The notes under the pieces are model-generated. The model did no database searches. It was not told the DNA's origin and saw nothing but the letters and a program-made list of their open reading frames with translations. DNA of 57,496 bases, the filler included, from Sphacelaria rigidula (taxonomy: Eukaryota): assembly GCA_964200075.2 (NCBI GenBank). It is 5 parts of 5 records of this genome, joined end to end, with 100 filler letters (N's around TTAATTAATTAA, not from the genome) between each part and the next. Parts side by side here need not be neighbours in the genome. Positions count along the whole stretch, not along the records: positions 46,080 to 57,496 come from CAXNAA020004939.1; 4 more parts are not named here. One strand, written 5' to 3'. Positions 47,683 to 57,496 of the stretch are shown here, one piece after another (within the stretch, counting starts at the first letter, position 1; the number at the start of each line of letters is the position of its first letter). Position numbers and translations under genes: made by a program.

Positions 47683-50211
47683 TCATTGTCCCGCGAGTTG
47701 AGGTCCCTGTGGGCCTACAAATTGTGTCGGCGAGCCCGTCGTGAAATCGTCCGGGAAGGAGTCATCAATGTCGGGCTGTGGCTCACTCGCGTGTGGGAGT
47801 CGGGACAGTGCATCTGGCAGGACATGTTGGGACCCTTCCCGCCACTGGAGGTCGATGTCATACTCCATTAGCCGCAAGGCCCACCTGTGTAACTTGGGGC
47901 AGAGATCGCGGCTACGGAACAACCATATGAGTGCCGAACAGTCCGTGATCAACGTGAGCCTTCTTCCCGCCAAGTATGGTCTATAGTGTTGGACAGCCCA
48001 CAAGACAGCCATGCACTCTAGCGCTGTGGATGCTCTGCGCGAGTCGTTACGAGAGAACCGATGACTACCAAATGATACGATACGTGTTTCGCACCCCACC
48101 AGCTGCAGCAGCACCGCTCCAGCCCCCACCTCGCTCGCGTCCGTCTGCACTATAAACGAACTGTTGGGGTCGGGGAAGGATAGTACCTTCGGCGAGGACA
48201 AGGCCGCTTTGAAGGCTTGGAACGCCTCTTCATGCTCGGTATTCCACGGTATGGACAGCTTTCGTGCACGCTTGGATGCGAAATCTTTGTTGCGGAGCAG
48301 GTTGGTTAGCGGGGCGGCTACTAGGCTGTATTTCTCCACAAACTGGCGCAGGTACCCTGTGAGGCCGAGGAAGGTACGTAGTTCCTTGACGGTGGATGGT
48401 CTGGGCATCTCGGCGATGGCGGCGAGCTTGGATGGCGCGGGTTGAAGGCCGCTGCTATCTACCAGCATGCCCAGAAACTCTTGCGACGCCGATGCAAAAA
48501 TGCACTTGGCGAAGTTCACCGAGAATCCCGCGACCAACAAGCGTTGTAATACGATCACGAGTAGGGCTAGATGCTCGTCCCAGGATGTGGTCGCGATAAG
48601 AATATCGTCAAGCCAAGTGAACACTCCCTCCAGCTGTCCGACCGTACCTTTTACCCGACGGGTGAACGCTGCGGGTAGGACTGTTAGACCAAAGCCTGCT
48701 CGTGTAAACTCGTAAAAGAGACCATCTGCATCTCGGAACGCCGTTTTGAAGCGATCTTTCTCCGCGATCTCGATTTGGTGGAAACCGGAGGCCAGGTCGA
48801 GTTGGGTGAAGTAACACTTACCTTTGAGGCCGTCGAAAATGGATTGCATATCCCCGAGACCCCCGCTGTCCGACACTAAGAGTTTGTTCAGTTCACGCCA
48901 ATCAATGCACAAGCGCAGGGTGCCGTCTTTTTTCTTCACGCATAGGCATTGGGCTGCCCACGGGGAGGTTGAGGGTCGAATGATCCCACGATCAAGAAGC
49001 TTATGTATCTCTTCGCGGATCATGTGACGTTCCTCCGGGGAAAATCGACGTTGCTTAGCTGCGAATGGCGTACATGACTCGTTAGTTAGGGGGAGTTCGA
49101 GCTCACCGTTGATACAAGCGGGAACCCGCTTGGGGTCCGTGGGGAACAGGCCAGCTTCGATGAAGCTCAGCAGCGTGTCTACCAGCTCTCTCTTTTCCGC
49201 TGCTCCAAGCTGGCCCATGTTGGCGTCCTTCACGTTGACCTTATGATTTGGTTGGGCCGAGCAACTACTGTCTGAACGTGAGGCGCGGGGTGGGGGGTCC
49301 ACGGGGGGGTCTGTCGTAGACGGATGGGGATCAAACAGTGAGTGAAACCTGGCGGGATCGCGTACGTTCAGTGCTATCATACGCGCGACCGTGCCAGTAG
49401 GTTTCACCGCCACCTGCTCCTTACTTCTATTGACAACTTTACAGTATACCGGCGACCCCGGCTGCCACCACGATACTCCCTTCGCGATCCCCACCTCTGC
49501 CCCCGTGTCCAGGTCAAACTTTGCTTGTGGGAGTACCAGCACAAGCTGCTCATCCTGTGGTTGAAGACCGATCGCGGCTGTTTCCACCGCGGCGCTGACG
49601 AAGCCGCTGAGCGTGATCGTTTGTCCGACCAAGCGCATTTTCCATTCTAGGGTACTGTCGTCTTCCCAAGCTATGTCACGGTAGCTGGGATGGTTGTAGA
49701 TGGACGGACAAGCGAGCACAGCTAGGGGGGTGGTGGCTTCCGTCGTGGTGTACAGGGCGGCTAATATATCTTGAATGTGGTAGGTGGGATTTTCGCTCGT
49801 CAGGAACGGGATCCATGGTGCCGCTGGCGAGGGGCGGAAACCTTTTCCTGGGGCGAAATCTAGGATACTGTTATTGTACCGAAAATAATCTGCACCTAAA
49901 ATGAAGCCGTACGGTAGGCCCTCCACTACTCGCACTGGTACATTACGGACCCGTGAGTCGGAGGTCAAAAGCAAGGGCACAGTTACGGAACCGACTATGC
50001 GCATTGGGGGAATCTTACTCTGGGATGGGTTAGCTGCACAGAGAACACGTGCCGCCTCAGGGTTTGGCGTATCGTCCAGGATGTTGGCCTTGTGTAAGCT
50101 GCGCCATAACACTCCTGTCATATAGTTTCCCCCTGCCGCTCCCGTGTCCAACAAGACTTCCATCGGCCACGGCCGACGGAGACGTCGTCGGTGCCAGATC
50201 TCGCCTGTCAC
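47683..50211 (-). CDS. pol: Pol: aspartic protease, dUTPase-like relic, RT, RNase H
   Basis: LLDTGA, SPWAAQCLCVKKKDGTLRLCIDWRELN, LDLASGFHQI, KTAF, FTWLDDILI, QTDASEVGAGAVL, LECMAVLWA, ITDCSAL, PDALSR. Confidence 0.95.
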   Translation of the reverse strand: MTGEIWHRRRLRRPWPMEVLLDTGAAGGNYMTGVLWRSLHKANILDDTPNPEAARVLCAANPSQSKIPPMRIVGSVTVPLLLTSDSRVRNVPVRVVEGLPYGFILGADYFRYNNSILDFAPGKGFRPSPAAPWIPFLTSENPTYHIQDILAALYTTTEATTPLAVLACPSIYNHPSYRDIAWEDDSTLEWKMRLVGQTITLSGFVSAAVETAAIGLQPQDEQLVLVLPQAKFDLDTGAEVGIAKGVSWWQPGSPVYCKVVNRSKEQVAVKPTGTVARMIALNVRDPARFHSLFDPHPSTTDPPVDPPPRASRSDSSCSAQPNHKVNVKDANMGQLGAAEKRELVDTLLSFIEAGLFPTDPKRVPACINGELELPLTNESCTPFAAKQRRFSPEERHMIREEIHKLLDRGIIRPSTSPWAAQCLCVKKKDGTLRLCIDWRELNKLLVSDSGGLGDMQSIFDGLKGKCYFTQLDLASGFHQIEIAEKDRFKTAFRDADGLFYEFTRAGFGLTVLPAAFTRRVKGTVGQLEGVFTWLDDILIATTSWDEHLALLVIVLQRLLVAGFSVNFAKCIFASASQEFLGMLVDSSGLQPAPSKLAAIAEMPRPSTVKELRTFLGLTGYLRQFVEKYSLVAAPLTNLLRNKDFASKRARKLSIPWNTEHEEAFQAFKAALSSPKVLSFPDPNSSFIVQTDASEVGAGAVLLQLVGCETRIVSFGSHRFSRNDSRRASTALECMAVLWAVQHYRPYLAGRRLTLITDCSALIWLFRSRDLCPKLHRWALRLMEYDIDLQWREGSQHVLPDALSRLPHASEPQPDIDDSFPDDFTTGSPTQFVGPQGPQLAGQ

Positions 50212-50442
50212 CCAAAGTTGGCTTCTTCGACTCTGGGATATTGTGGTGGCGCTGGGTTGGCGGAGGTTCCCCAGGTCAATTGCACCTGGGGCGCGCCTTC
50301 ACGCGTCGGCTCGCGTGTCTCCAGCGGCAGCCTCGCTTACGGATGCGCTCAGCATTTCCTCGCCATCATCGTCGTCGCCTTCGCCGATGAGACCCAGGTC
50401 GATTGCCGCCAAGTATTGCGCCTCCGTGAGCACGGCTAGCCG

Positions 50443-52532
50443 TCATTGGGGAATGGCCGTCTTGCGGCGGGCCGGTAGGCCGCTGTAGTGTGCGGCGGGG
50501 ACGATACCGTGCGTCCAAGGGCAGGGGGTGTTGCCCCGGTGACGGCACGAGCCGGTGAATGCGTAACCAAAACAGATTTTACGATCACGTAAGAAGGTAA
50601 CCACTGCGTCGCGTCCCGCAGAAATCGGCGGTGCGGCTGGTTCGGGAGTAAAGGCCGGACCGACTGGTTGGGCGGATGTGGCGGGTGTCGGTGGCGGCGA
50701 AGCGCTGCCAGACGGCGGTGCCGGGGGTTTGTGCTGCAAATCTGCCGCGCGGGGTGCGACGGCATGACCTGGAGTCGTGGTGCGAGGACCGGGGTTGATG
50801 GGTGTCGAACTTTGCTTCATGAAGGGCACGCCTTATGAGCCCGGTGAGACCGCCAGGTCGTTGTTGAACGCCGCGACGGAAGGTGCTGGCGGGTGGTGGC
50901 CGGCTAACGCCTGAGAACTAGAGGACGCAGCAGGGGCTGACAGGGCGGTCGGCACTTCGGGGAAGAGAGGTGACCCCGGGATAGTTTTCTGGAGCATCGC
51001 GGCGACCTCCGGGGGCGACTGTATCAAGTTCCTTACTTCCTCAAGTGAAAATAACCTATCAGGTCCCGCGCCGCGGTTGCTAGTCCGTTGTTGGGGGCGG
51101 GCGTGACTGTCGTCGCTGGATACTACGTTGCGGGCGCACACGATACGGATAAAACCCTCGTAAAGACTCTTGGCTACGTCCCCCCTTCTTTGCATTGCTA
51201 ACCCCATAGGATTGTGCCACTCGCTTTTCAGAGGCTGCAGCCTGGCCCAGATTGCGTGTGTTTTTTCGTGGAGGATCGACTATAGACCTAGCCTATCAAC
51301 CGGGTTAGGCAGAATGACTCGGATAATACGGTCGTAAAGCTCGCTTAGCTGCCGGGCGGTGACAAATCGCCAGAAGTACGTAACTTTGGTACTGTATGGT
51401 CTATCTGGGTTAGCTAAACTCGCGCGAAATGCTAGCAACACCCGTTGCGCCCCCGCACTCCACGACTCGTTGGGACCTAAGATGATGGCGTCTAGTGCAG
51501 CGTGTATAAACTTTGTAGTTCCGTTCGTCATCACTTCTTCACGGACGAGGATCCGTAGCCTGTCGGTCATAGTACCGGATTCATGTGGGACGGTGTCGGT
51601 TTCGCCCGTGATTCGATAGACGTCTACCCGATCCGCTGCAGTTAAGGACGTAAACGTACCGCAGGTTTCTGCCAGCAACTCGATCAGGAGGTCGCGCCGG
51701 CGGGCGGAGTACTGATCTGTTTGTGTAACCCACTTACCGTTGGCACATTCATCTTCCGGCATTTTCAAAACTCCTTGGTCCATTGCACGCAGCGTCGACC
51801 ATATCTGGTGTTGCAGCACGACAGCGCTGTTGACAACCGATAATTCCGCCGCACTTGGTCCTGCGTACACTGGGCATGGTCGACCACGCGTAATACGCCT
51901 ACGTACCCGTTCGCTCACCTTCGCCAACTGGTTGGATTCCAGACCTTGGACTGCAGCTCCAGCTGCTGCTCCTGGTGCATCACAACCCCAGCGCCTTAGC
52001 CAACCGGCATCCGCCTGCTGCTGGTACACCCTGTGCTCCTCCCGGTGGTGGCATAGTGCTGACGCCTGCCGCGGGAGGGCGAGCGAGAGTTTCGGCGGTA
52101 GCGGCGGCGGCGGGGGCGAGAGCGAGAGCGAGAGCGGGAGCGGTGGCGAGAACGGCGCTCTGCCCGTGCACGGGAGCGAGAGCGGTGGCGGCTCCGAGAG
52201 CGGGAAGTCGAGGGTCTGGTATCCCCGTTATCCTGCCTGTGGTGCGTTGATGGGGAGCGACGAACGAGATCCTCGTGGCTTCCGTGGTGCACGGTGCTGG
52301 GGGGAGACGCCCGGGGGTCGAGGTCCCCGGCAGCACCACCGCCACTGCCGCTCCCCTGGATGTTGGGGGGCACGCCGCTGCGTAGGTGATGGGGGTTGCG
52401 GGGCGCAACAGCCCGTAGATAACCTGCTCGACCTGCTGATAGGCGGTGGGGGTCGCTGCCCTGCGGGTTGTTTGCAGAGGTGGCGTTGGTGCTGGTCCCG
52501 TGGTTATCGTAGTGGCTGTTGGGAGCAGACAT
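50443..52532 (-). pseudogene. gag: Gag with RS-rich N-terminal region and C-terminal CCCH finger (stops and frameshifts)
   Basis: ATG at 52532 (MSAPNSH), RSRSRHRSRS tract at ~52060-52215, helical core 51280-52029, CFGYAFTGSCRHRGNTPCPWTH at 50509-50574. Confidence 0.65.
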
Positions 52533-53232
52533 CTTTATCAATCGTCGAAGAGCGGCATGCGATAAGGGGTGGAGGTAGCGGAACATGAGTAAGTTGTGCG
52601 GAAAAAAAGAATGATAAGAATGGTAAAAGACACGCATGGGTGTTCGCACATGCGAGATGGTGGAAGGTCCCAGTCATTGACACGGTATGGTGCGACACCG
52701 ACGACCAGGATATGAGTCGTAGCATTGCGCAGGTGCGTATGGGGCGAGCAAAATCGAACAGCAAAAGCGGCAAGGGCGGACGGGAGAACGTATTGTTAGT
52801 GTGAGATCGTCTGATGTTCACGTGCCGCATAGAAGCTATTGTTTTCGAAAGGACTGTAGGGAAAAAATGAAATGACGCCCAGATATATGTTTTGTGGTAG
52901 TAGCGGGAAAAGACGGAAAAATATAACCGGGCGTAACGGATCAAATCTCACATCGATCAAGTAAATAGGGGCCGTTGTGCCAAAACAAATGGGATACACG
53001 AAATTATTCTCAAAGAAACAAAACCAACGAAACAAAAGTAGAAAAAATATAATTAGAATAGAGCCACAGATCACTGCGAAGGGGGGAACCGGACGCGACG
53101 GAGCACTACAGTAGTGAAAGGGTGGACAGTACAAAATCAAGGCATGAGCCCCGCGTATAATCACTTATACCATCGGTGTATCTACTGCTGCCGAGCAACG
53201 GCACTGGTTGCCCCTGATTTCCCGGCGTGAAG

Positions 53233-53350
53233 GAACCCATGTCGTGACGGTCCTCTGAAGTTTAGTGATGGTCCCATGTAGTGTAGCCATGATCCCATGT
53301 AGTATTGTGATGATCCCATGTAGTGTGTGCCAATCCCATGTAGTGGCGAC
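53233..53350. repeat. 21-bp minisatellite (atgatcccatgtagt...), 4 clear units plus degenerate ones
   Basis: tcccatgtagt recurs in units starting at 53268, 53289, 53310 and 53331. Confidence 0.85.
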
Positions 53351-56188
53351 ATGTTGTGCGTGGAGCGGAAGCGAATCCATACGACTTGACCCGTGCAATG
53401 ACTTCCCACAATGCCACAAATCAATCAATCATACTAGGGGCCATTCGTCATTTGCCGGGCGTTGAACATGTTTCGCCGCCAGGATGACTCCAGCATAGAA
53501 GCCCCGTATGACAGTCAGAAATTCAATCGGACTCACACAGACTAGCCCAAACAACTGCTCGAGCAGTCCTGTTTGGTACAAAGTGGCACAGTGTAAACAC
53601 GCTGCCACAGCACAGAGTGCAGTGTTAACACCATGCGATCACGTACCTGGCTAGCATGGTGGGTACCGCTGCACCTTATCTGATGGGAGCGTTACATGAA
53701 AGGCACAGCTGAACCGCGCACATTGCACGCGAAGCGTGGTCTCCGAATATCTGACTGTTCGCAAGCAATCAACAGTCTGTCATATGCTTTCCTCCAGATG
53801 GATTTTACCCTCAACTGCTGGCCATGTGCACTCTTCGCACGCATGTTCGACGGTTACCGTCTCAGGCCACTTCATTTCATTTTCTAATAGTGGGACAATA
53901 TCACTCACCTGCAGCCTAGAAAGCACTGAGTACACAACTGCACCCGTTGTACTGTACAGTAAGATCCAAACTTCCTATAAAAGAATGTGTGCTGCCCTGA
54001 GACGTGAGAAAAGAATTTCCAAAATTCGCTCGTTTTCCAGCGCAAGCTCGTGCACAGGCGAACGCATGTTGTCCGCAGCATTGGTGAGAACAGTGTGCTG
54101 GGCGATCAAGGGAATAATCAGTGAGAGATTAAAAGATATCAAGCCTTTGAGCTTCTTTTTGTTTGTTTGCTACTGTAACCAACAGTCACGTGAATCTGCA
54201 CGTGTGTATCTGCAGCTTGTTTTACTCGGATACCTTGCGCGCCTGCGCATCTACCCAAGCTTGCAGCACATTGATCATACCTAGGAACGTGTGGAGCTTG
54301 TTCATACCTTTCCCTATTACACTGGCGTTCGACTGATTGGCCGTGTCTTGCTTGGATTTTCAGTAGCCCACGCGTATTCTCATAGCCTTGTTGCCTTGTC
54401 TAGCTGTCTCTTTCTGTAGCCCCCGTTTGCTGCTCCTCACTTTTGGTTCATCTGTATATTTTTCCCCCAGGTAGTAGCAGTTTCAACAGTCCTTCGTTTT
54501 CGTTTAGCTTCAAGAGTGCTCTTCTTTTGCTGTACTACAGTTCTGTCTCCCTGCATTTCTTTCCGTTGCATCCCCGCCGCAGCAGCAACAATTGCAACCT
54601 GCCATTTGTCCCTCTCCTGTTTTGGTCGCTCCTTTTGTTGGGCGACGCTCTTGCTTTGCAGTTCACTTGTTCTGTTGTCATCGTCCTTTTCAACCCCGCC
54701 CACCCTTGTGTCAGTTGGGTTGTTCTAAACCTGTACGAACAGTTGACACTATCCCTTACTAAACCGTTACAAAATACACCGTTTCTATCTTACGGCGAAA
54801 GCGACTGTACCTTTTCTCCTTGTCGACGTTGACACTTGTGTGCCGCTGCTGTGTTTATAGTGTGGTGTCCTTTTACTCTTGACACTGACTACTTTAGTGT
54901 CTTCATACTTTTTCGATGCGACAATTGTGTAGTCACAACTGCCGCAGTAGAGTCGTGGTGGTAGCGACCGCCGCTCCAGCTTGCAGAGTACTGTAGCGCA
55001 CACTATTTGTTCTTCCGCGCGATAATCTGCACCAACCCAATCGATACATTCGGTGCTGTACGTCTCTCGGCGCACCTCTCATCAGGTTTCTATCACACCT
55101 CCGCCTCTCTACTACATTTTTCGCTGGGTGAGCACTACGTGGTCAACTTTTCACTTTTGGATCGTGCATTCCCCGACGCGCTTTTCATCTTTTGTGCGTG
55201 TACTGGTGAATACATTTTTTTTTTAATCTTTCGCGCGGGTACTACATACACGATTCCTTTTTCCTTTTGGCCTTGCACAGCGTGTTCCACTTTTTCCTCT
55301 TTGGTGCTCCACTACCTGAACCGCTTTACGATTCCCTGATATCTTGTTCGAAATTTCGTATCCCCCTGTAGTCTTTTCCGCTTGGCGCCTGACCTGCACC
55401 AACAATTAGTGTTTCAGTCGACTGCTACAGCTGTCTTCTCTTGGACCCCTGCACTTGAGTTCACTGTTTCGCACCCTCGTTGCCGCACTTTTGATTCTCT
55501 TTCTGTCTTGAACTTCACAGATATTTACACATCGCCTCCCTTTTGGCAACGTATTCTACACTAGTATTGGTGCCTCCTACCGCGGTCTCGAGTGGTGTTT
55601 TTCTACACCTCCTGTGTGCGGTATTTTACTTGCACCATTGCAATACCCTTGTCCAGCGTGTGCCTGGCCACTACGTATCCCTGTCATATTTGCCGTGCAC
55701 AGCGCGTCCGTCGGACATCTGCCCGAGCGTCCGTCTCCTTTCACAGTCGCCTCGTTGTTAGGTTTTACTCTTGCACCAAGCCGCTCGTGCGACAACTGTT
55801 GGGTTTATATATGAGTTTGTTCCTTAGCGACTATCTACACTTTTGGTACACCTTCAGTGCGCCCCCCCCTACTCCCCCATTCACAGTTTCCTCTAGAGGT
55901 GTCTTATTTCCGCCGCAGTTGCTCTCTTTTCGGCGTTTCATAATCTCCCCTTTTTGCTCTGCTGTCTGCCTTTTGGTACTCGGAATTGCCGAGATTACGC
56001 TGATTGTAATTATCACAGCAGTCTACTCTAGTTTGGTGTAACTCCGTTTATAACATTCTGTAGTCTTTACTGCTTAATGTTTTTTCCAGTACTTACAATC
56101 TCCTGCCGAGCCTACACTACCTGCTATTATTATACCAGGACCTTTGTACTCTGGTGTCTGGCGTCCATTTCTACTTCTTCAATTTAAC

Positions 56189-57424
56189 ATGGCGCAACCG
56201 CAGAAAATAATTTTCCCCTCGGCCCTGCCTACTTACGAATCTTTACGCCGTCACCGTTTGCTTTCATCAATCCCTTCAAAACCAAAACCCTTCACTATTA
56301 CTTCCCCTGTACACGAAGAAGTGAAATCCGACAGAGCTTCGACCCGCAACTCTGGCGACTACACGTCTCAAGACTTGGCTGCTACTGGTGACCACGACCG
56401 CCATCTGCCCAAGACTTCCAACATTATCGATGAGTCGCTCCGCGCTCGCTCTGTTGCGAGCCGAACACCGTTCAAGACACCCGACATTATCGACGAGTCG
56501 CTACGCGCTCGCTCTGTCGTGGACCATGCACTGTCCAAGGCTCCCGGCATTATCGATGAGTCGCTCCGCGCTCGCTCTGTCGCGGATCGTTCAATGTCCA
56601 AGACTCCCGGCAATATCGACGAGTCGTTCCCCGCTCGCTCTGTCGCGGATCGTACACTGTCCAAGACTTCCAACATGGTCGACGAGTCGCTACACGCTCG
56701 CTCTGTTGTGCGACGGGCTCAGTCTCGGGGTTCCCACATGTCTGATGTGTCGCCACGCGTCGCCACTGTTGTGGAACGCCAATCGCTTCAGGCTCCTACC
56801 GCCGTTATTGACTCACCCCGCGCTCGCGGTGTTGAGGGTTACGACGCCTCCCAGCGCCAGCGCCGACAAGACATGTATCGTGAGGACACTTCTGTTCACC
56901 GCACCTCGCGCCGAACATCCTCCTTGCGTCTTGGCCGCTCCGAAGCGCCTTCCACAGAGCACTTGCCTTTAGTAACGGCTCTTGAGCACTTGCTTCGTTC
57001 ATCACCGGCTGTTATTTCTGACGGTCCCGCGACAACTGCCCTTTTACAAGCGCTTGCAACCGCGTTTTGCACAGCCGTTGAACATTTAACGTCTTCTGAT
57101 CATGTTCACTTTGACAGTAATATGAATCATCGAGCCTCTGCACCTCTGGCTGCAGACCTTGATGATGTACGTTCAACCTCAGATGCTTCTGACTTTGATT
57201 TGGATCATGACCTTGTTCACCACGGTGATACCACTACTCATGCCCATGATGTACGTGCTCTGTTATCGGGATTATCTAACACCACGGGATTCTCACGACC
57301 TAAATCTGTCGATCAGACACATGTGAGCTCAGGACTGCCCGTTGATGCTTCGTTGGCTAGTATTCACGCACCTTTGCGCAGCGAACGCAGCACTCACCGT
57401 GCCCTTCCGCCCCATCAGGGTTAG
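56189..57424 (+). CDS. Unassigned 411-aa ORF with 21-aa repeats, possibly the Gag N-terminus of a second retroelement
   Basis: Long uninterrupted ORF from ATG 56189 after a ~1.2-kb pyrimidine-rich leader. No recognisable domain. Confidence 0.4.
   Translation: MAQPQKIIFPSALPTYESLRRHRLLSSIPSKPKPFTITSPVHEEVKSDRASTRNSGDYTSQDLAATGDHDRHLPKTSNIIDESLRARSVASRTPFKTPDIIDESLRARSVVDHALSKAPGIIDESLRARSVADRSMSKTPGNIDESFPARSVADRTLSKTSNMVDESLHARSVVRRAQSRGSHMSDVSPRVATVVERQSLQAPTAVIDSPRARGVEGYDASQRQRRQDMYREDTSVHRTSRRTSSLRLGRSEAPSTEHLPLVTALEHLLRSSPAVISDGPATTALLQALATAFCTAVEHLTSSDHVHFDSNMNHRASAPLAADLDDVRSTSDASDFDLDHDLVHHGDTTTHAHDVRALLSGLSNTTGFSRPKSVDQTHVSSGLPVDASLASIHAPLRSERSTHRALPPHQG
56409..56845 (+). repeat. 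63-bp tandem array (5 good plus 2 degenerate units) encoding KTxxIIDESLRARSVxxRxxS
   Basis: caagact...tcga(t/c)gagtcgct..gcgctcgctctgt repeats at 63-nt spacing from 56409. Confidence 0.95.
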
Positions 57425-57496
57425 ACACCCGTGAGGCAGTGTTAAAGCCGTGGCTGTCTCTGGAAGTGGCGATACCACAGAATAAATCAACTCATT

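Larger units (their letters stand above)
46080..52532 (-). mobile_element. Ty3/Gypsy LTR retrotransposon internal region (disabled, LTRs not identified, 3' end cut by contig break)
   Basis: Domain order gag-PR-RT-RH-IN. One frame from 52029 to 46081 with in-frame stops at 51280-82, 50833-35, 50443-45, 50299-301 and 47683-85. Confidence 0.95.

Noticed and set aside
46081..52029. C-to-T (methylation/RIP-like) signature inferred from the five stop codons
   Set aside because: Every stop codon begins with T, so compatibility with C-to-T is uninformative without a consensus sequence.
53160..53215. PBS and 5' LTR of the Gypsy element (tggtataag or gccgttgc on the minus strand)
   Set aside because: Only partial similarity to known PBS types, no TG...CA LTR could be delimited, and the 3' LTR is off the contig.
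93..57005. The many 60-200 aa ORFs in the supplied track
   Set aside because: Most are antisense or alternate-frame shadows of the features above, or chance ORFs in intronic and repeat DNA.

Overview
This is eukaryotic, intron-rich, transposon-dense DNA, most consistent with a brown alga or other stramenopile (inferred from intron sizes, ~50% GC, a stramenopile-type DIRS/Ngaro RT and an RGS+AGC kinase). It is not one locus. Five contigs of 11423, 11420, 11419, 11417 and 11417 bp are joined by artificial 100-nt N/TTAATTAATTAA/N linkers, so adjacency across linkers means nothing. Contig 1: nested piggyBac-like and hAT-like non-autonomous elements, plus a decayed DIRS/Ngaro-type retrotransposon (CCCH-finger Gag, 27-bp repeat array, RT, RNase H, no tyrosine recombinase visible). 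Contig 2: a Tourist-like MITE and the 5' part of a probable BLTP2/Hobbit/SABRE-family gene. Contig 3: a decayed, intron-containing hAT transposase. Contig 4: 11 cleanly splicing exons (481 aa) of a GRK-like RGS-kinase with a GC-AG intron and a ~40-aa activation-loop insert. Contig 5: a disabled Ty3/Gypsy element and an unassigned ORF with 63-bp repeats. The Gypsy element is the most unusual object: RS-rich Gag, CCCH instead of CCHC finger, dUTPase-like relic and a WLDD RT motif. No CRISPR, rRNA or intact tRNA genes were found.
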